Shown here in pieces: positions 37,897 through 49,838 of a stretch of 64,000 bases of DNA; the first letter of the stretch is position 1, and each line of letters begins with the position of its first letter. Source of the stretch: Haliotis rubra (Eukaryota); assembly GCF_003918875.1 (NCBI RefSeq), contig NW_025767109.1, positions 310,001 through 374,000 on the forward strand, read 5' to 3'. A program made the position numbers and the translations under genes. Under the pieces are notes generated by a model. The model was given only the letters and a program-made list of their open reading frames with translations, was not told where the DNA came from and searched no databases.

Positions 37897-38648
37897 TAGA
37901 GAATACTACACGAGGTCTCATTACATACCAATTATACGAAACGAGTGTCCTTCCTATGGTATCTGACCGAGCGAAAGCGAGGTCAGATAACATAGGAAGG
38001 TCACGAGTTTCGTATAATTCGTATGTAATGAGACCGAGTGTGGTATTTTATTTATTACCCACGTCTTACATGCATTTAAATTGACAAAATAGCGTATTTT
38101 TGTTATGTTTTTGGTTTCAAACCGAAACCGGTTTCATAAAGAGGTTGCGGAAGAGTTTTGTACTGTAGTACAATATTTGCATGACGTCACACTAATGACG
38201 TCACTGCCATGGTAACCGACGTCACGATGCATGTCAGTTGTCATCGCCTCGTACAGCCTCCTACAGTAAACTACTCCGTTGCACCTCGTTTCTTGGTTTC
38301 CAGTTGCTTCATTCGGCTAACATCACTGGTGGAAACATTGCGTTTATGTTTTTCGACAGATATAATGTCTCAGTTCGACTCACAATTAAACAGCGACACG
38401 GCAACGTTCGCAATGTTTACATTCCAACAATGCATTTAAGTTGTAGAATGAATGAATTCACGTGTTTGTTATGAATGAAAAAATAGTTACGTCAGAATGT
38501 GACCTAACTGAGAGGTCATCGGTTATCCAATCAAATCGTTATAATCTCAGGTCAAGTCGTTACGACACAGGTCAACGCGATACGACACTCGTGTGACGTA
38601 CGAGATTAGTATGCAACTACCCATACATTGACCACGTGGGTAATAAAT
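37897..38648. mobile_element. Hairpin element family B, full copy (Crypton-like, tentative)
   Basis: Terminal hairpin with loop CGAGCGAAAGCGAGG; TTATTACCCACG / CGTGGGTAATAA inverted pair; TGACGTCA cluster. Confidence 0.7.
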
Positions 38649-40914
38649 AACAGGATGACCCACATTCTCTTCTACACTCCCTCGTCACTTCCTATGATGG
38701 TCGTATGGGAAATCTTTTTGTCATATGTCAGCTGTCTTCTGATGTCAAATCTTCTCAGTCTCCGAAGTAAAACATTTAGTCTAATGTCACAAACAATTTT
38801 ACAGTGAGGTTCTACAAAACTCGGAAATAACGTTAAAACGTTCGTACAGCAATTTCTGACGTTCCCTATTACGTCATTTATTCCCTTTTTAGGGTAAGAA
38901 CTAGTCGAAACTAGATAGGCCGTTTCTTGTGACTACCTGTACTATACGTGGGCGTTATAATTACACAACTGAGCTAGGAATAGACTATCCACTAAATTTA
39001 CTGTTTAGAACTTTCATCCCATCTTGCCATTCTTCCTAATTATCAACGGGGAGGTTGACGTCATTAACAATTGGATGACGTAATCCGAACCACATCACCA
39101 CGCGAAAATCTCCTGTCGTACAGTCGGTTGTTTGACAAGTAAAGCGGGCGAGTCTATTATATGGTAGGGAGCATGGCCTTTGTTGTTTTAATTAATCCGG
39201 TCCGTTCCGTATGACTAGAGAGAAATGTGCGTATGGCTAATGGGCTACAACCTAATGTAGACAGCAATGACGAGGTTTACTTACTATCCATTTTCTATCC
39301 ATCTATGGTGCACTTGCATCATCCTAACCATTAAGAACACCGCCCTGGGTTTCTGTAATGGACCTGTCCTTTGGAGATCGCCAATGAATATCTTTACACT
39401 TAAATTGAAATCTTTAATTTCCATGCACCCTTTTAAACATAATTACGAACCGATCATTATTCTTGAACCAGATTTTAAAATCGAATCATAGGCCATGCTG
39501 GGATTGTGATATGGGATATTTCGGTTTAATTACGGAAAAGAAATTTTGACCTGAAGGCCAGAACAGTGTTTCTTTGTTGTTGCCATGCCAACCTCAATCA
39601 TGAACGACGCAAACGTTTGATCTCCAAGGTAAAAAATAAAGGTGTACTAAAAACATCCTTCACCCTTTTTCAATCAGTAAATTACAGAGACTCCTTCTTT
39701 TGGTAACGTGGTGTTTTTATACGTTGACAAGGGATGAAAAACTGTTTTGAAATGCATTTTACCGTGCCATCATTTTTCATCCAAATTGTCACCGACAGCG
39801 CTAGGATTCTGGAAGAAGAATCGCCAGGTGATTGTCAAGGTGCGTTTGATGATACAACTCTGACATGACAGACTGTATTAGTGATTTCAAACATTTTTAC
39901 ATGCGTGAAATATGGCGATCATGTGATCCGACTCAGGTCGTCAGAAGGAATAACCTTCATGCTCCCCGTTTGATTATTACGAATAATTTGATTTTTTTCT
40001 TAAAAATGAGATTTGGACATCTTTAATAAAATATTGATTCAGAGAAATATTGTCTCCAATCGCCTTCAAGAGACTTCTAAGTGCAATGGTTTTGTTAGGG
40101 TTTTCTCTTCAAAATGATGTTTCAATTATTTACGTTCGTTGTAGTTTTGAATAAAATATGGGCACTTAAAGATCACTTTCTCATATAGATCATTGGCATC
40201 CAGCTTTTCGACTCTCAGAATAACGGGAGGGTCGATCAGTGCATACTTTGCCTGTTAATGAATGTAGTTTTAGAATCTTATATTGCATGACCTTTATGCA
40301 TTGGAAACTCACCGTTGTTTGTTTGTTGTTTTATGTGTCTAGCAAGGGGATTTGCATACACCCAGGTTGGGATTAGAACTAGAGTGTCTGTGACAAGATA
40401 ACTACATTGCTCACCCGCCAGCATGTAAATGCTGGAGGTTTTAAAATATTACCATGCTTCAAATACTCAATAACACCCGGAAATTGGCCAACACATGATG
40501 TTTAACGACATTGTAAACACAAAACTAAACCAAAGGCCCACATGGGTTTTACTGTCTGCACTCATTTACAATAGTGAATATCACATTGTCATATTACATA
40601 AAGGAAAGGACGAAGTAATTTCTCCACACTGTCATTATGACATATTCCATCTAAAGGCCAAGCCACATTTGGATGCTGTATTCTATATTATAAACCTATG
40701 GCCAATGTTGTCTAGTGTTCTTGCAGTTGCTTCGCATTATGGAATAACCTCGGAAGAGGTTTTACGATTGCAGGAGGTTTTACAATGATCATTGTAATAC
40801 CTCACAGGAGGTATTGATGAGGTTTTGAAATGACCATTATTTATGACTGATACAACTTTGTCTTGCTATGACTGATCGTAAAATATCTAATTATTGAAAA
40901 CTTCCAATATTCCG

Positions 40915-40993
40915 TGGCGATAACTGGTTTCGAACCCGCAACCCATCGCTCTCTAGCTTGGCGGTTTTATCCACTACGCTACGAAGAATCGCC
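40915..40993 (-). ncRNA. tRNA-like Pol III unit (non-canonical cloverleaf) beside the YR retrotransposon
   Basis: Minus strand GGCGATTCTTCGTAGCGTAGTGG...GGGTTCGAAACCAGTTATCGCCA: A box, B box, GGCGAT/ATCGCC stem, TTTT ~15 nt downstream. Confidence 0.55.
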
Positions 40994-41903
40994 GTGAAGA
41001 AAGAGATTGTTTGTCATTATGTTCTAATTCTCTTCGATCAAACGAACATAAATTATATATTTATGTACAACAAAACACTTCGCATGGATAATGCCTACCG
41101 CAGGTCACAGGCGAGCAGGTTTATTGCGCAAAAGGAGTATACATAGAACCGACAGATTATTATAGTACGTATCCATCTCATGAAGTCTGCTCCTCCAGCC
41201 ATCCCTGCAAAACAAATACAACAGCAGAAAAGACAACTTACACATGCATGAAGTATACTACAAATATTTACGCAATATTATAAATATTTATTTGTTTAAT
41301 TTTTAAATATTTATACACGTAAATTATACATGTAATCATGTTAATATGAGAAAACCTAAAATACTCATCTCCGATTACTTGCATCCCGACAATTCCCCGC
41401 TTCAGGCCAGGTCACATCTCCACGTCGCTGCATGTCATGTCAGAACACACCAGGTAGGACCACTCTTCACCTTACATCAGAAGCTTAGTACTTCACTGCT
41501 GATACAGAACGCAATACTGCACACATTAACCATTCGGCTTGTAATCCTCCATACGGATTAAAGATTCAAGAAACTTTCCTACATAACTTCCAATACACTT
41601 GACTGAAAAAGCTGCTCGCTGTGTGTGTGAAGACCTGATGGCTAAACTCATATTCAATCTCACCACGTCACCTTCGTCACGTGGCTTCTGCACAACTCGC
41701 ACGTGCAAAAACACGCTCACTGCTGTAGGCAAGCTCTACCGTGTTTAACCCAAAATAAATTCATTTATGTTCTAATTCTCTTCGATCAAACGAACATAAA
41801 TTATTTATTTATGAACAAAACACTTCATGGGTAATGCCTACCGCAGCTCGAAATTAAAAGACAGGGCAGAGAAACGGGAATCATTTATTACAGCCGAGGA
41901 AAG

Positions 41904-42708
41904 TTACAAGCCCTAACATTTGACACTCAACAACTCTTTTATGTCATCTTTAACATATCCGTCGCCGCGGAAGCATATGTCTCTTGAACAACTGGGCAGC
42001 AGTTGGGAATCAGAAACTATGCAAGAACCAAACTGTTGCTAATAACATCTATTCACTGGGCAGAGTTGGGAATCAGACGTCGCAATCACTGAAAACAAAT
42101 CTACCGTTCTATATTCACGTCTGTCTTACTCTTTTCTATGAAAATACGAACATATCCTTCATGAAAGAAATGTCAGAGCGCCTAATTACGGAAACTTCAG
42201 AAAATCTGAAAAAGCCAGCATATGAAAGAATGGACATTGTCAGAAATCTTAAATCTACTAGAGAAGAATTCTCTTTGCCAAATCTATCAACTAACCGTTC
42301 CAAAATACCAACATCTATAGGGTCTTTCTTCTTGACAGGGTCACTGTGACATCTCCTAGCTGCCTCTTTAATGTTCTTAATTAGGTCATGTTGACATGGA
42401 TCTGGTAGACCCGCCACTCTGTGCGCCCATCTTATACCATACACAGCTTCCATAATAACAGGAGATCTTTTACCCGACTGAATCAATGACGTAAGGTATA
42501 AGCCTACATGAAAAGAATTTGCAGGCAAAAAACTTATTTCTTTAAACCGTGAGGCCCATTTTTTCCAGCATGTAAAAGCTCTTCTATATTTTATAACTGT
42601 AGTATCTGCTTTAGATTTTAAAACTATATCAGGCATTTTCGTAGATAAGTCAACTAAATCTTGGTGCACCAGAGCATCTTTCTCTCTCCATATACCAACG
42701 GAAAACAT
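41904..42708 (-). pseudogene. Tyrosine recombinase, catalytic region partly deleted
   Basis: N-terminal SAM-like region (KADTTVIKYRRAF..W), LSYAGFFRFSE, KSKTD after the stop, C-terminal KRH...GYVKD; HxxR region missing. Confidence 0.85.
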
Positions 42709-42726
42709 ACCTGAAAAGATATATAA

Positions 42727-44784
42727 TCAATTGTTAAATCTGAGAGCTAACACGAACCCCTTGAAATTATTGAATATAGACAGCTTGCTCCCACCTGAGA
42801 CAGCGATGCTGCCACTCAACTGAATCATATCTGCAATGAAATTTCTGGGTTGACCTTCCAGGAACAACAAGGGCCAATATGCAGCGGATGGCCACATAGG
42901 CACCACTAAAGTAGTAGGAGCATTGCACGCTAAGATAAAATGTACAGTTTTACACACCAAATGTACAGGAGGAACTGCACAGTTGTTCTCCCCATGCCAC
43001 TGCTGAGTAAATGCATCAACTGCCTCCGTATCCGGTACCCACGATCTGGAATTAAACCTTTCTAACTTGGTATTCAAATGGTTAGCAAAACGATCTACAG
43101 AATGTGGCCCCCATCTTCCATCCAAGAGTTTGAAAACATTATCTGTAACTCCCCAATCATCTGAATCTTCAAATCTACTCAGGGCATCAGCCTTTTCATT
43201 TTCTGATCTGGGAATCCAGCGGAACTTTAACCTTATGTTGTACTGATTGGCTATCACAAAGATGGAGATGGCGACTTGTTGTAGATGCTGTTTAGAACTA
43301 CCACATGAAGCTACACGACAACATGGCTTACTATCGGTAAACCACTTTACAGTCTTGCCACTTAGAACCCTGGTAAACGCAATGAGAACTAATTCTATAG
43401 CCTTCATTTCTCTCCACGTCGAACTACCACGTTTCTCTTGAGAGTCCCACACATGTTGAAACACATGATCAGAATCTGCAACATAACCTCCACAACCTAT
43501 GTCACTTGCATCTGTGAACACAGACAGCATAGGTTGAATAACAGTAGACAACACTCTTGGTTTTAGACTACGCAGGTTGTCTCTCCAAAACAGCAATTCA
43601 TACACACAATGACAATTTTCTAACCTAAGAAATCAATCCCAGGAAGACGCCTTAAGGACCTCCGAATACATATGCCTTGTGAAAAGTCTACAAACATCGC
43701 CCAAAACTGAAGTAAGAGCTATAACCTTCCCTGCTAAAGCAGCTAATTTCCTTGCTGTGAACCTTGGCAAATCAGATGTGAATGCTGAAAATTTAGACAC
43801 TATATCTTCTATTTTCTTGACAGGAATGGAAAGAACACTAGAATCTAAATTCCATGTGAATCCAAGCCACTCTAACTCTGCACCAGGGTGCCATACTGAC
43901 TTATCAACAGTAACGACAAAACCTGATTGTTCTACAGTATCTCTAACAATGTCTGAATGAAGAGAACACAAGTCCTTCGATTTAGCATAGCCAAAGCCAT
44001 CGTCAAGGTACACTACAATAAAAACAGATTGCCTTCGCCAATAAGTAACTAGAGGACGAATGCACTTAGTAAAAATGTAAGGTGCAGATGTTAACCCAAA
44101 CGGCAAAACTGTGAAACAGTAGTACCTAACAATGCCGTTAGCATTCCAAGCAAAACCCAAATACTGTTGTTGACTAGGATGTATATCAATGTGATGATAA
44201 CCAGATTTTAAATCAAATTTAAACATAAAACCTGTATCTTGCACAAAATCCAAAGCTGTTTTATAGCCCTGAAAAACAATCTTTCTTTTGTAAACAAACT
44301 GATTGACATACCTAAGATCAAGGATAAGCCTCTTTTTGCCCGAACGCTGTGTAGCTACCGAAAGAGGATTAACAACTAAAGGGGGATTATCAAGCTCGAC
44401 GATACAAGAGTTTTTTAAGAGTTCTTCAGTAGCCTGTACAACGAAAGTATCGTTCCTCAATGCTGATTGGTTATTTTTAGAAAAAGGAGGAGGACTATCA
44501 ACGAATGGAATGACATAACCATCAGTAATAGTATCGATGACAAACTGAGGAGCTCAAATATTAACCCAAAAGGAAACATGCTTCTTTAAACTGCCTTTCA
44601 CGATGCACGAAGTGTTGGATTCAAACTCGCAAGACCTTAGTTGAATGAATTCAGAATCTAAGTCAGTACCTCCTAAACCTGCAGAATTATCAATGTCAAA
44701 ATCTGAAGCACAGGTAGTATCCCTCTGTCGTATCTTGGTTTTATGGACTGCTGGCCCCTGAACATCGGAACTGCAACTTCCCAC
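42727..44784 (-). pseudogene. pol: reverse transcriptase, RNase H and methyltransferase-like domain; two in-frame TGA stops (44554, 43633)
   Basis: KKRLILDLR, DLKSGYHH, LPFGLTSAP, YLDD; FTDAS, SSTWRE, WIPRSENEKADALSR; DRFA..N..RFNS..DAF..W..ENNCAVPP. Confidence 0.92.
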
Positions 44785-44900
44785 AGAAACTCAACCTAAA
44801 ACAATTGTAAAGAATACTCTCAGGAAAGATACACACTGTTCAATTGACTAAAGGAACAACTTCAGATATTACAGAAACACAATTACCTGAAGTGAATTCT

Positions 44901-45687
44901 CTACTTCTTGACAACTTGGTTGGACTGTATTGAATCGGAGCTGGCTGACTGGGCTGCACGGAGCGAAGCTGCCGCAGGACAGGAGATCCTCAAGTGGCCA
45001 AAACCTCCACAGAAGTAGCACTGCTGGTTGGGAGATGGACCTCGTTTGACCATGGGACGAAAGGGCTGGTTCTGACCGGCTGTAGAGTCCCTAGAAGCAT
45101 CAACCACGCTAGCAGAAGACACAGTAGCGCTAGGTGAAACCAAGCTAGGTTTTCCTCTGGACCGGGAACGAGGACGCACGTCGTTTACGGAGGGCTTTAT
45201 TCTCAGCTTTCTCGAATCTACGTTCTTCCTCGGACCCAGAGGAAATATCGTCTCTCTCTAGTTCAGCTACAACGGCCCAGCCAGATGGTGAACGATCCGC
45301 TAAGCGGAAATGCTTGTTCTTCCTCGAGATTTCTGAAGAGAGATCTTGGAGAATCCCCACACAATCTGAATACTTGCTGCTCTTAATATATCTGAAAGCA
45401 GTGTCAATCTTATCCAAACAACCAGCATTAAATTTATACTGAAGTTGGTTGCCTTTAAACCTAAAATTAGGAATCTCTGAATCTTTATGAGCCCTTTTGA
45501 ACGCTGAGAATGACCTTTCTTCACTCTCTTCAATAATGTCACGTTTAAATGTCTTTAGTTTGCAATCCATATAATCTTTAAATAATTGAAATGTTTCATA
45601 ACCTTCAACGGGTTCCTGCTGCTTATTCTTGTTAGGTGTATCAGAATCCTCCGAATGGTGTGAAGGGGAACCTGAATGTCGACTCAT
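44901..45687 (-). pseudogene. gag-like ORF1 with CCHC zinc knuckle, one frameshift at ~45150-45180
   Basis: FRFKGNQLQYKFN, LADRSPSGWAVVAE typical of this group; CYFCGGFGHLRISC. Confidence 0.85.
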
Positions 45688-46256
45688 AGCAGAATGTAGA
45701 CTGAAAAAAGCTGCTCGCTGTGTAGTGCGAAGACCTCGAATGGCTAAACTCATATTCAATCTCACCACGTCACCTTCGTCACGTGGCTTTTGCACAACTC
45801 GCACGTGCAAAACACGCTCACTGCAGTAGGCAATCTCTACTGTGTTTAACCCAAAATAAATTCATGTATGAACCATGTGTTTCTCACACGACAGGTACTG
45901 TGGGCAGCGCACGTGCAGGACACAGGTAGCGCGTGCAGAGCACGAGCATTGAGCGCATGCGGGGCAAGGTGTTGGCTGCCAGTCGCATCCCAGTTGACAT
46001 CGGCTGTTCAATCAATGTTGTTCTACTCAGTACATGCACAAATTGAAAATAAGTGTTGTCTTAGACGGTTTATAAGTTTGATAAACGACTCACGCTAATG
46101 CGCCCTCGGGATTTCCTTCCCCTGAGGTTTTACAATCTCAACCAAAACCTCGGAGTCGTCTTTTATCCTACACATAAAACACACATTTGCACATCAGCCA
46201 TGTCTCATCTGCTCTTTAACACGACTAGGGTGTCAAATCCTCCTTATTTAGTCCCC

Positions 46257-46620
46257 GGACCGCCTCCGTGGTGTAGTGGTTAGAGCGTCCACCTGGAGAG
46301 CGGAAGGTCGCGGGTTCGATCCCCGGCTGCGTCATACCAAAAGACGTTAAAATATGGTACTTGTTGGTCTCCCTGCCTGGCGCTCGGCATTAATGGGTAC
46401 AACACAGACTGGTCGGCTTGGAGTCAGTATAATGTGTCTGAGTGGGATATTCATGCTTCACCGCGGCATGGTATCTCAGTGGGCTAGCACTATAAAACCA
46501 TCTTCAGTCTGGGCTAGTACAAGCAGCCGCATATACACATACACACGCATGCACGTCGTCATATGAGCGAAATATTCTCAAGCACGACATTAAAACCCAA
46601 TTCACCTCACCTCACCTCAC
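46257..46620 (+). mobile_element. SINE family 3 (MetaSINE-like), full length
   Basis: tRNA head, Meta-like domain, (CACCT)n tail, TSD CTTATTTAG(T/C)CCC. Confidence 0.88.
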
Positions 46621-47217
46621 TTATTTAGCCCCATTAACGTTCGCAAATATGCAGTAGCAATATAGATCTGTCATAATTATATCAAGTTCATGTCTTGTGT
46701 CAAATTAAACCCACTCGCTAGACATCCTTCCTATTTCTAGTGTTAATTGTGCAAAACAACGGATACAATTAGAAATATACCTGGCTATTTTGTCTCTGCC
46801 TACTATATGTCAGTTCGAAGGTCTTCATGGTGAAAGAAAACATGTCTCATTATTAAGAGGTGTTATGGTTCTGAAACAAATGGTGAAATACTAACCCAAA
46901 GAAACTGAGAAATATTTCTTCACTGAAGGACTTCCTTTATCCGACCAGCATGAACTGACGGGGAAAAGAAAGTATACACCAATGTCTATTTGATGGTTGC
47001 TAAAAATGATACAAAGATAGTGGTGTATATGATGGAGATGTTTATGATATGGTTAATAACTTAATACAAAGATCGTTCATGCTTCATATCAATTGTTGTC
47101 TAAAAAAGTGACTGTTTCTGGCCTAGAAATGTTTGTCTGTTTTGATAATATCCAAATGTCAAATGTATACATGTACTTTCTTTTGCCCGACAGGTTACTT
47201 TGACAAGGAGCGTCCAG

Positions 47218-47437
47218 GCCCCGATTTCTCGAAACAAACTTAAGTCAGAGATTGTACTCAAATTTGAGAAAACACAGACTTAGTAGACAATTTGAGTTTG
47301 GTGGATAGATTACTTAAGTTGTTTGGGAATTTTTTATTTTAAAAAATGCAGTTGAGCTAAAAATTCAGCTGTTTCAAATTGTCAAACTCAGTTTGAAATT
47401 TGAGTAAAAACTTAAGTTTGTTTCGAGAAATCGGGGC
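47218..47437. mobile_element. PIF/Harbinger MITE
   Basis: TIR GCCCCGATTTCTCGAAACAAACTTAAGT, CAG TSD. Confidence 0.88.
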
Positions 47438-47920
47438 CAGGTGACTAAAGACAATATGAAATAAGTGGCACAGCTTTTGTTATAACCGACAGTGAGGTGA
47501 GGTTCGTTAACTCCAATTCTGTTATTATTTAAACATATCCCTGCCAGCTGAAGAGTATATAAGGGTAGTTTATTGTATCGTTATTCACAAGCCGATATAT
47601 CAATATGCACATTGAAGTTCTGTCATTTTACTTATGGGTCATTTTACGAATAGGCAATAATTTGATTTCTTTTCTATAGTTTTCTTTTCGTTAACTAAAT
47701 TCAGTAAATAAACAAACTAAAAATAAGTCAATGACCACTTGACTCCATTTTGATCTGACGGATTACAATTATTAAAAGAAATAAATAATATTCTAAATGG
47801 GGCAGGTATTTTCATTTTACCACCTAGCCTAATTTATCAAATTTAATAAACCCAATCCCCCTACCATTGAGGAATATGTAGAGATATTGCTGTTGTAACC
47901 AGGTTAATTGAGGACTAAAT

Positions 47921-48120
47921 CCGCCATTTTGAATTTCTAATGAGGTTCATGGTTTTGAGTCTATCTTTAGATGATGAGTCATTGTATCAGGTCTATATTT
48001 AGACCATGAGTCATATCAACACCTGGTGTGTCTATTTTTAGACTGCACATAGACTATTTTTAGACAATGACTCAGGGGTTTCCCAACAACTTAATTTTAG
48101 ACTCAGGTGGGTATATAAGG
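47921..48120 (+). promoter_or_regulatory. Candidate compact Pol II promoter: YY1, MEF2 x4, AP-1 x3, NF-kB, TATA
   Basis: CCGCCATTTT 47921; YTA(W)4TAG at 47993, 48032, 48054, 48091; TGASTCA at 47975, 48007, 48068; GGGGTTTCCC 48075; TATATAAG 48112. Confidence 0.55.
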
Positions 48121-49838
48121 CCCCCCAAACAGCCCCCATGTCATACACAACTCCGCCTCTGAAGCGACTACACATTGTGGATATACTCCATACTAGTGTA
48201 TTTCTTACTGGATTACTAAACAGCCTTGGATTATACTGTGTGATTCACTGGGATTTATACTTTCAACAGCTCAATTTTCTCACTGGATTACAAAACATCT
48301 TTGGATTATACTGTGTGATTCACTGGACTTGCATTTTCAACAGAACATAAAGGTAAGTGTACCATTAGATGTTTTTTACTAACATCAGAATAGGGAATTG
48401 AAACAACTTACCTCATGGGATCCATAGGAAATTCCTTAGCACAAGCTTCACACACATATTTCCATGAACAGATTGATTCACATATATTTCCATGTTCCAT
48501 GAACAGATAGATTCCCACACGAGGTATATCCAATATTGAGAATATATCCAACAGCATTTATCCCAGCATGTCTAGATGTTTTGATGGGGTGGCACAAGCA
48601 AACCATTTATGTGAAGAAACAGGTTAGGTATGACTGTACTCCACAATAAATGACCCATTTGCCCACCCTTGGGCACCTTTATTTACACAAACAAAAGACA
48701 CATATATGAAAAAAGTAACAATATATACACAAAGATAGCAATATGTACAAATTTAACATAATACAAAACTAACACCAACTAACACTACAAAAACGTAATA
48801 ATCTTTAAGGCTATTTCTAAAATATCTAATAAGGACTCTTCATTTCATGCTGAAGAGCCCTTAGTTGCTTCTGGTTTTCCTCCCAGATAAATGGAAAATG
48901 AACAAATTGTTTCTCAGAAGTGTGATTTACAACATTACCATTGATTAACTGAATACTTGTAACAAGAGTGTTTTAAATCACACGGTGAAGACAACAACAA
49001 AACTATTTTATGGTATGGTATACTTACCCTGTATCCCAATCGGTGATGTCAGAATAGTGGGGTGGGGGTGGGGAGGAGGCTGAAAAAAAAAAATTCCTCA
49101 AACATATCTTGCCTGAAATTCCATACTGAAAAAATTATCAAAATTTAACATAGAAAAAAATGCAGAAATACTCACAGTTCAAGAAAACAGCATCTAGATA
49201 CCAAAACAATACAATCATATGTAGTGAAGGGACAATATTTACTTTATTTCTTGTTATTTCAGTTACAATGAATAGTTGTTGAGTCATTGAAAACAATTAA
49301 TAACACAAAAACACAAAAAAAAATAATACTGATAACCATGCCTGAATCATAATTAAAAACTAACACTGCAGATACAAATAATAATCATAATATGTGATTA
49401 CATAGTATGTGATGAATTATGGTAAAATCACTGAGTCACTTTGTATATCACAAATATAACAAAATGTGGCCAATGTGGAGAGGATTGGGATTCCCATATA
49501 GACATATAGGAAGTATGGGTATATATATATACCCAGGGAAAACCAACCATGCCACCAAGAAGAGATTAGTCTTCAGACAAGATCCAAGAAATACGCTCCC
49601 TTCGCGGGGTGCTCCCAGGTCAAAAAGCGCTTCGGTATTGGGTCCACAAGGCTATGGCGAGAGCCTGCTGTAGAACCTCTGACGCCCAGCGCGACTGTAT
49701 TGCCTGCTGAAGAACCTTCACCCGCTAGCGAGACGTCTGCCGGCAGCGTATGGAAGCTTCTAAGCAAGGTGCACCTATACGTCTTTTTCTCGCTATTCCC
49801 CATACTACTACTACGCTCACCTTGAAACCATACTGGAT

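Larger units (their letters stand above)
41014..45865 (-). mobile_element. DIRS-order tyrosine-recombinase retrotransposon with split direct repeats (PAT-like/Ngaro-type architecture)
   Basis: A1 45699-45865, B1 41765-41846, A2 41601-41764, B2 41018-41103; gag, RT-RNaseH-MT and YR ORFs in between. Confidence 0.92.

Noticed and set aside
43633-44556. Programmed readthrough or selenocysteine at the two TGA codons in pol
   Set aside because: The element has other lesions (gag frameshift, YR deletion); ordinary nonsense mutations are simpler
48138-48350. 70-aa ORF after the TATA box
   Set aside because: The ATG is too close to the TATA box to lie clearly within the transcript, and its internal repeat reflects a DNA duplication
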